Source of the DNA: Tannockella kyphosi | Lineage (GTDB): Bacteria > Bacillota_I > Bacilli_A > Erysipelotrichales > Coprobacillaceae | DNA length: 32,000 nucleotides | Reading direction: 5' to 3' | Assembly: GCF_021054785.1 (NCBI RefSeq) | Contig: NZ_CP088239.1 | Coordinates: forward strand, 780,001 to 812,000 | The notes under the pieces: generated by a model | What the model was told of the DNA's origin: nothing | Seen by the model: the letters and a program-made list of their open reading frames with translations, nothing else | Database searches by the model: none | Part shown: positions 26,590 to 32,000 of the stretch, piece by piece | How positions within the stretch are numbered: the first letter of the stretch is position 1 | Layout: every line of letters starts with the position of its first letter | Program-made: the position numbers and the translations under genes

Positions 26590-29514
26590 ATGATACTTAT
26601 CTATTGTGCAAAAATAATAGGTCAGTATTTAATATATAAAGACAATTTATTCCATGATAGAACAAAAAAGAATCATACGGAATATTTGTTAGAAGGGGTG
26701 TGTAATGTGTTGAAAAAATATTTATTTATTATTTTCTCTTTTCTATTATGTTTATTGTCATTAGGGAAGATACAAGCAGTTGCTTTTAATGAACCAACAG
26801 TAGTAAAGGTAGGGTATAGTGAGGTAACTGGTTTTGTTAATGATCCAATCATTAGTGGTAGAGAAGGATACGGTTATGAGTATTTTAATAAAATTGCTGA
26901 ATATTTAGACGGAGATTATATTTTTGAATATGTCATGTGCAAGGAAGATACTATTTTAGATATGTTAGAAAGTGGAGTTATTGATATTGCTACTCCTTAT
27001 TTTAAAGAACAAATTAATGAACAAGATTTTCTTGTTAGTTCTAATGATTTTGGAGAAAATATTGCTTTTTTATGTACTACCAATGAAGAGATAGTAGATA
27101 TTACTAGTTTAGATGGTAGTACAATAGGAGTATATAAAGGAGATCCTAATATTTCATTAATTGATGAGTTATTAACAACTTATGGTTATCAAGCAAATAT
27201 AGTGCTTTTTGATCAATATGATTATTATAAAGACTTAGATAATAACCAATGTGATTACTGTTTAGTTTATTCTATGTCTCCAAATATGAACTTAGAAATA
27301 GTAATGAAATTAGAAGCATTTCCTTTTTATTTTATAACTACAAATGAAAACCAAGAATTAATGAATGATCTAAATGATGCAATGAAAAATATAAAAAGCT
27401 ATGAGTTTTTATATCAAGAACAGTTATATTTAAAATATTATCAATACCAAATAAGTACTAACACTTATATTTCTGATCAGGAATTAGCGTTACTACAGGC
27501 AGAGAGTTCTTATTGTGTTGGGATACATCTTTTACATAGTCCTTTTTCTTATTTAGATAGTGAAGGACAATTACAAGGGATTGTTGTTGATTTTTTAGAA
27601 TTGCTTGAAGATAAGGCTGGGGTTCATTTTGATAAGTACATCATTGAAGGAAATGATACGACAATGTATGATTTTACGATGTTATATTCCAATGAAGATG
27701 TCTTATTAAATAGTGGATTAAGTTATTCTTTTTTAGAACAACCTTTGGTTTTATTAGAAAATAGTGGTGAGAGAGTTAATAATTATGTAGGATCATTATC
27801 TTATTATGGAGTTGATCCACAATATTTACAACTTGAATTTGGTAGTGAAAATATAATAGTATATGAAAATTTAGCTAGTATGCAAGAGGCGTATGAAGAA
27901 AATCAAATCCAAGAAATGATTTTAACATCATCAGCACTTAGTTATATTAATTCATCAGTAGATAGTCAAAATTATTATATAAATCCTTTGGATATGTCTA
28001 TTAGTTTTTCTATTGATTTTTCTAGTTCAATGAGTAATACAAGTATTCATAGTTTTAATAAGTTAATTGCTTCTATCGATGATGATATGATGGAGTATAT
28101 TGTTTTAAAACATTCTTATGCTCTAACTAATTCTTTTTCTTTAGTAACGTATTTACAAGATAATCCATTATATGTGATGGCTTTATTTGCTTTGATAGTT
28201 GTTGTCTATTTTATTTTTGAACTAAATAAAAGAAAAGAATTATTAAATGCAATCTATTTTGATAAACTAACAGGTCTATACTCACTAGAAGGTTTTAGAC
28301 ATGTTTTAAAAACAAGAATGAATCAAAAGAAAAATAATCATTATTATTTAGTATCAATTGATATTGATAATTTCAAATATATTAATGAGTTGTGGGGATT
28401 TGAAACAGGTACAAAAGTTATCAAAAAGAATGCTTCATTTATTAAAGATAAGTTACAGAAATCAGATGTAATAGCACGAATTAGAGGAGATCAGTTTATT
28501 ATCTTATTACAAAGAGAGAATGGTCTTTTATTAGATAGTAATATTATAATAAAAGATAGTACTATCTTCGATGACTTAGAAAAAATGATAGGAGAAAATT
28601 TTGTTTTTTCTTATAGTGTTGGGGTGTATGAAATTCAAAATTGTAAATTAGATACAAATTTTATGATTGATTGTGTTGATTTTGCACGTAACAAAGGAAA
28701 AGCGTTTAGTGAAGATACTGTTTTTTATTTTGATAATGAAGTATTGGATGAAAGAACAAAGAATGCCCAAATAATAACAAGTATGAATTATGCTATTCAA
28801 GAAAAAGAGTTTATTTTATATTATCAACCAAAGGTTGATTTACATACAAATAAGATAGTAGGGGCTGAAGCATTAGTTCGTTGGTATAAAAATAATGCTT
28901 ATATTTTACCTTCTAATTTCATACCTATTTTTGAGAAAAATGGTTTTATTGAAAAACTTGATTATTATATATTTGAAACTGTTTGTCAATTTATTGTAGC
29001 AAATAAGGATATTGATTTACCAATTATTTCTATTAATATGTCTGGATTTACCATTACCAAAGGAAATGTTTTATCAAAATTAAAAAGTATTCTAACCAAA
29101 TATGATGTATCTCCTAATAAAATAGATATTGAATTAACAGAGACTGCATTTATTGATAATGGAGATATTGTTATTAATACTTTGAATGAATTAAGGAATT
29201 ATGGTTTTACTGTTTCGATGGATGACTTTGGGGCAGGTTTATCTTCGTTAACAAGGTTAAAGAGTATTACCATTGATACTTTAAAAATAGATCGTGAGTT
29301 AATTGTAGAAAATAAAACAAATCATAAAGGAACTAGTATTTTGAAAAATATTCTTTCCTTAGCAAAAGATATTCAAGTTACTACTGTTGGTGAAGGTATT
29401 GAGACATTTGAACAATTAGAGTTATTAAAATCTTTAGGATGTGATATTGGACAAGGATATTATTTTTATAGGCCTTTATGTGAAGATGATTTTAAAAAAG
29501 AATTGCAGCAATAA
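26590..29514 (+). CDS. Membrane c-di-GMP phosphodiesterase: tandem extracytoplasmic solute-binding (SBP family 3-like) domains, TM segment, degenerate GGDEF domain, EAL domain
   Basis: A signal-peptide-like KKYLFIIFSFLLCLLSLGKIQA begins about 40 codons into the ORF, so alternative starts GTG 26707 or TTG 26710 (behind GAAGGGG) are possible. ATG 26590 also has an AGAGGA RBS. The GGDEF site reads RGDQF. The EAL motifs are intact (EALVRW, SINMS, ELTET, DDFGAG, KIDRE, GEGIE, GQGYYF). Confidence 0.85.
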   Translation: MILIYCAKIIGQYLIYKDNLFHDRTKKNHTEYLLEGVCNVLKKYLFIIFSFLLCLLSLGKIQAVAFNEPTVVKVGYSEVTGFVNDPIISGREGYGYEYFNKIAEYLDGDYIFEYVMCKEDTILDMLESGVIDIATPYFKEQINEQDFLVSSNDFGENIAFLCTTNEEIVDITSLDGSTIGVYKGDPNISLIDELLTTYGYQANIVLFDQYDYYKDLDNNQCDYCLVYSMSPNMNLEIVMKLEAFPFYFITTNENQELMNDLNDAMKNIKSYEFLYQEQLYLKYYQYQISTNTYISDQELALLQAESSYCVGIHLLHSPFSYLDSEGQLQGIVVDFLELLEDKAGVHFDKYIIEGNDTTMYDFTMLYSNEDVLLNSGLSYSFLEQPLVLLENSGERVNNYVGSLSYYGVDPQYLQLEFGSENIIVYENLASMQEAYEENQIQEMILTSSALSYINSSVDSQNYYINPLDMSISFSIDFSSSMSNTSIHSFNKLIASIDDDMMEYIVLKHSYALTNSFSLVTYLQDNPLYVMALFALIVVVYFIFELNKRKELLNAIYFDKLTGLYSLEGFRHVLKTRMNQKKNNHYYLVSIDIDNFKYINELWGFETGTKVIKKNASFIKDKLQKSDVIARIRGDQFIILLQRENGLLLDSNIIIKDSTIFDDLEKMIGENFVFSYSVGVYEIQNCKLDTNFMIDCVDFARNKGKAFSEDTVFYFDNEVLDERTKNAQIITSMNYAIQEKEFILYYQPKVDLHTNKIVGAEALVRWYKNNAYILPSNFIPIFEKNGFIEKLDYYIFETVCQFIVANKDIDLPIISINMSGFTITKGNVLSKLKSILTKYDVSPNKIDIELTETAFIDNGDIVINTLNELRNYGFTVSMDDFGAGLSSLTRLKSITIDTLKIDRELIVENKTNHKGTSILKNILSLAKDIQVTTVGEGIETFEQLELLKSLGCDIGQGYYFYRPLCEDDFKKELQQ

Positions 29515-29540
29515 AAAAAGAAGATTTTTAATCTTCTTTT
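29515..29540. terminator. Bidirectional AT-rich terminator between the convergent EAL gene and ispG
   Basis: AAAAGAAGATT / AATCTTCTTTT 11-bp stem with loop TTT, flanked by A and T runs. Overlaps the ispG stop codon. Confidence 0.55.
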
Positions 29541-30589
29541 ATCATACTCAAAATTTCTTTTTTTAATTCTTCAAACATATCTTCTTGTTTTACTTTACGA
29601 ATAATTTCTCCTTTTTTAATTAAAAGGCCTTCATTCACTCCACCAGCAATCGCAATATCAGCATGTTTTGCTTCACCTGGACCATTTACAGCACAACCCA
29701 TAATAGCAACAGTTATATCAGATTGGATAGTAGATAAGAAATCTTCCACTTTTGAAGCTAATGGAATTAGATCATACTGGATTCTTCCACAAGTAGGACA
29801 AGAAATAAAAGTAGGTACATTAGTAGTTAATTCTAATTCTTTTAGTAATGTTTTAGCAACCTTAATTTCTTCAACTGGATGATCACTTAATGATACACGA
29901 ATAGTATTACCAATTCCTTCATATAAAATAGTACCAATCCCTAAACTAGACTTAATGGTTCCCCCTAAAGCTGTACCAGCTTCCGTTACACCTACATGTA
30001 ATGGATAATCAAATTCTTTACTAGCAGCTATATAAGCCTTTATAGTAAGCATAGTATTTGATGATTTTAATGATATACAGGTATCATAAAAGTCTAAAGA
30101 TTCTAATATTTCAACATGTTTTCTAGCACTTTCAATCATTCCTTCTACTGTTGGTTTTCCATATTTTTGTAATATCTCTTTTTCTAAAGAACCACCATTA
30201 ATACCAATACGAATAGGAATTTGTTTTTCTTTACAAGCATCTACGACAGCTTTCACTTTTTCAATATTACCAATATTTCCAGGATTAATACGAATTTTAT
30301 CGATACCAGATTCAATGGCTAGTAAAGCTAATTTATAATCAAAATGAATATCAGCAACTAAAGGTATGGATACTTGAGATTTGATTTCTTTAATAGCAAG
30401 AGCATCTTCTTTATCAAAACAAGCAAGACGAACTATTTGACACCCTGCTGCTGTTAGTTGTCTAATCTGTTCTACAGTTGCCACAATATCTTTGGTTTTA
30501 GTATTAGCCATTGATTGTATAACAACCGGATTATCTCCACCAATTAAAATATCACCAACTTTTATTACTCTTGTTAAATTACGTTTCAT
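29528..30589 (-). CDS. ispG: 4-hydroxy-3-methylbut-2-en-1-yl diphosphate synthase (IspG/GcpE)
   Basis: TIM-barrel N-domain ([16 protein letters not shown]) and Fe-S cysteines SCPTCGR and [11 protein letters not shown] prefer ATG 30589 (GAGGGA RBS 4 nt upstream) to the ORF-track ATG 30601, which has no SD. Confidence 0.9.
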   Translation of the reverse strand: MKRNLTRVIKVGDILIGGDNPVVIQSMANTKTKDIVATVEQIRQLTAAGCQIVRLACFDKEDALAIKEIKSQVSIPLVADIHFDYKLALLAIESGIDKIRINPGNIGNIEKVKAVVDACKEKQIPIRIGINGGSLEKEILQKYGKPTVEGMIESARKHVEILESLDFYDTCISLKSSNTMLTIKAYIAASKEFDYPLHVGVTEAGTALGGTIKSSLGIGTILYEGIGNTIRVSLSDHPVEEIKVAKTLLKELELTTNVPTFISCPTCGRIQYDLIPLASKVEDFLSTIQSDITVAIMGCAVNGPGEAKHADIAIAGGVNEGLLIKKGEIIRKVKQEDMFEELKKEILSMIKED

Positions 30590-30616
30590 AATATCCCTCA
30601 TTTCTAAATTATTATA

Positions 30617-32000
30617 TCATGATTTCATTAACTCTTGGAAATTATTTAAAACATCTTCAAAATAACCAAAAGCATCTTTATATAAATCATCATTTAATGG
30701 ATTTACATTTGCTAGCTGTAATAAATCAATAGGACTCATACTACCACCTGATTGTAAAAATTTTAAATAATTATCTCTTTGTTCTTGATCTCCACTTTGT
30801 ATTCTTTTTACAATTGCTAATGCTAAAGTCATACCAATCGTATACTTATAAACATAGTAATTATAATAAAAATGAGGAACATAATAACAAGAATAAGCAG
30901 TAATAGGAGCTACTGTAATATCTTTACCAAAATAATCAACACTCATTTGTTGATACAAATCAGTAATCACTTTCGAAGAAAGTGCTTCTTTACGTAATGC
31001 TTTTAGATGTAATTCATCTTCAAAAGCAGCAAACATAGGTTGTCTAAATAATAAACCAACACAATTTTCTAACTGTTCATATAAATAATAACATTTCTCT
31101 TCCTTTGTTTTTGCTTTTTCAATCATTGTATGAATTAATAAAGTCTCATTGACTGTTGATGCTACTTCAGCAACAAAGATTCGATAACCTGAATTAGAAA
31201 AACTTTGATGACTGTTAGATAAGTAACTATGTGCACTATGACCAAGTTCATGGATTAAAGTAGATAATGAATTATAATCATGGATATAGTTCATTAAAAT
31301 AAATGGTTTTGTATCATAGCTACCACTACTATAAGCACCACCTCTTTTTCCTGGAGTAGGGAAGAAGTCAATCCATCTTTCTTCTTTTGCTTTATCAATA
31401 ATTTTTAGATAATTTTCTCCTAAAGGTTTTAAGGCTTCTTTTATATATTCAAAGCTTTGTTCAATTGTAAAAGTTTGATTTACTTTATCTACTAAAGGAA
31501 CAGATAAATCATAATTATATATTGTATCTAATTGTAATAACTCTTTTTTCAAAGCATTATATCGATGAAATAAAGGTCGATAGGTATTGTTAGCGTGATT
31601 TAATACTTTATAAAATAATTCTGTAGGTACTTCATCATCAAAAACACTAGCCTCTAAAGCAGTAGAGAATTTTCTTTGGGTTGCAAAGAAAACATCTTTT
31701 TTCATAACACCACCTAATGTAGTAGCATAAACATTTTCAAATTTTTTATACTCTCCAAAAAACTTATGATAAGCATTTTTACGTACTTTTTGATCTTTGT
31801 TTTTTAAGAATTGTTGTAGAGTAGCACTATTTAAAGTTTCTCTTTTTCCATTTACTATTATTTTAGGGAACTCTAAACGTAGGGCATCAAATACTTGGCT
31901 ACTTGATGAACTAATAGATTCTACATTGGATAATAGTTCTTCTTGTTCTTTTGATAAGATGTGTTCTTTAAAACGTAGAGTAGATTGAATTTTATAGCGA
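30617..32000 (-). CDS. pepF: Oligoendopeptidase F (M3B family), partial; the N-terminus lies beyond the window end
   Basis: HELGH zinc motif (IHELGHSAH). The ORF track starts at an internal Met (31705), but my translation of the same frame stays open to base 31999 (...RYKIQSTLRFKEHILSKEQEELLSNVESISSSSSQVFDALRLEFPKIIVNGKRETLNSATLQQFLKNKDQKVRKNAYHKFFGEYKKFENVYATTLGGVMKKDVFF...). Confidence 0.85.
   Translation of the reverse strand, partial: RYKIQSTLRFKEHILSKEQEELLSNVESISSSSSQVFDALRLEFPKIIVNGKRETLNSATLQQFLKNKDQKVRKNAYHKFFGEYKKFENVYATTLGGVMKKDVFFATQRKFSTALEASVFDDEVPTELFYKVLNHANNTYRPLFHRYNALKKELLQLDTIYNYDLSVPLVDKVNQTFTIEQSFEYIKEALKPLGENYLKIIDKAKEERWIDFFPTPGKRGGAYSSGSYDTKPFILMNYIHDYNSLSTLIHELGHSAHSYLSNSHQSFSNSGYRIFVAEVASTVNETLLIHTMIEKAKTKEEKCYYLYEQLENCVGLLFRQPMFAAFEDELHLKALRKEALSSKVITDLYQQMSVDYFGKDITVAPITAYSCYYVPHFYYNYYVYKYTIGMTLALAIVKRIQSGDQEQRDNYLKFLQSGGSMSPIDLLQLANVNPLNDDLYKDAFGYFEDVLNNFQELMKS

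Noticed and set aside
26590-26706. The first 39 codons of the long EAL ORF as a separate cytoplasmic N-terminal domain.
   Set aside because: The stretch has no recognisable domain and a hydrophobic/AT-biased composition, and a canonical signal peptide begins right after it with its own SD. It is treated as start-codon ambiguity rather than a domain.
2713-31988. Short ORFs in the six-frame track that lie inside or antisense to larger genes: 2713-2964(-), 5347-5547(-), 5827-6099(-), 8366-8566(-), 10684-10878(+), 10846-11055(-), 14430-14621(-), 15574-15777(-), 15831-16013(-), 17977-18183(-), 22247-22453(-), 22792-23001(+), 25214-25450(-), 31797-31988(+).
   Set aside because: All are fully embedded in well-supported longer CDSs on another frame or strand. 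They have low-complexity, AT-codon-biased translations with no recognisable motifs or RBSs. They are typical spurious ORFs of AT-rich DNA.
1-32000. I looked for CRISPR arrays, tRNA/rRNA genes, prophage or integrase genes, toxin-antitoxin pairs and known defence-system signatures.
   Set aside because: I saw no short direct-repeat/spacer arrays, no tRNA-like cloverleaf sequences in the few noncoding gaps, and no integrase, recombinase, nuclease or NTPase combinations suggestive of defence islands. All large ORFs have ordinary housekeeping or transporter assignments.

Overview
This is an AT-rich chromosomal window (roughly 30-33% GC by eye) from a low-GC Bacillota genome. The gene content hints at an Erysipelotrichia- or Clostridia-like organism, but I cannot place it from sequence alone. 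Most of it is densely packed housekeeping DNA whose order mirrors, from memory, the Bacillus subtilis ybeY-cdd-era-recO / glyS-dnaG-sigA / yqfN(trmK)-yqfO-ispH-yqfQ-cshB-nfo ... ispG region. The left end carries the acetylase-branch diaminopimelate genes (dapH fragment, deacetylase, class III aminotransferase). I see no rRNA, tRNA, CRISPR array or recognisable defence system. The unusual part is a ~6.5 kb accessory insert between yqfO and ispH (about 16.1-22.6 kb). It starts with a consensus sigma-A promoter driving what looks like a c-di-GMP-I (GEMM-I) riboswitch with its own terminator but no downstream ORF. Next come two ~99% identical 1.89 kb group II introns in direct orientation, each encoding a 429-aa RT/maturase with no endonuclease domain. 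Each sits a few nt behind an intrinsic terminator hairpin, which is class C (IIC) behaviour, and together they bracket a Cof-type HAD phosphatase and a MATE efflux gene. The 20 substitutions between the copies all fall in one 768-bp tract of the RT gene and are mostly synonymous. Copy 2 supplies the last two codons and the stop codon of ispH on the opposite strand. Other points worth a second look:
- an orphan C39-peptidase ABC exporter fused onto the ybeY operon
- a degenerate-GGDEF / intact-EAL sensor protein behind a long leader containing a GC-rich patch
- an alpha/beta hydrolase lacking the nucleophile serine
- a glyQS leader with no T-box but a terminator-like hairpin.

All calls come from reading the sequence and the ORF translations; no searches were run.
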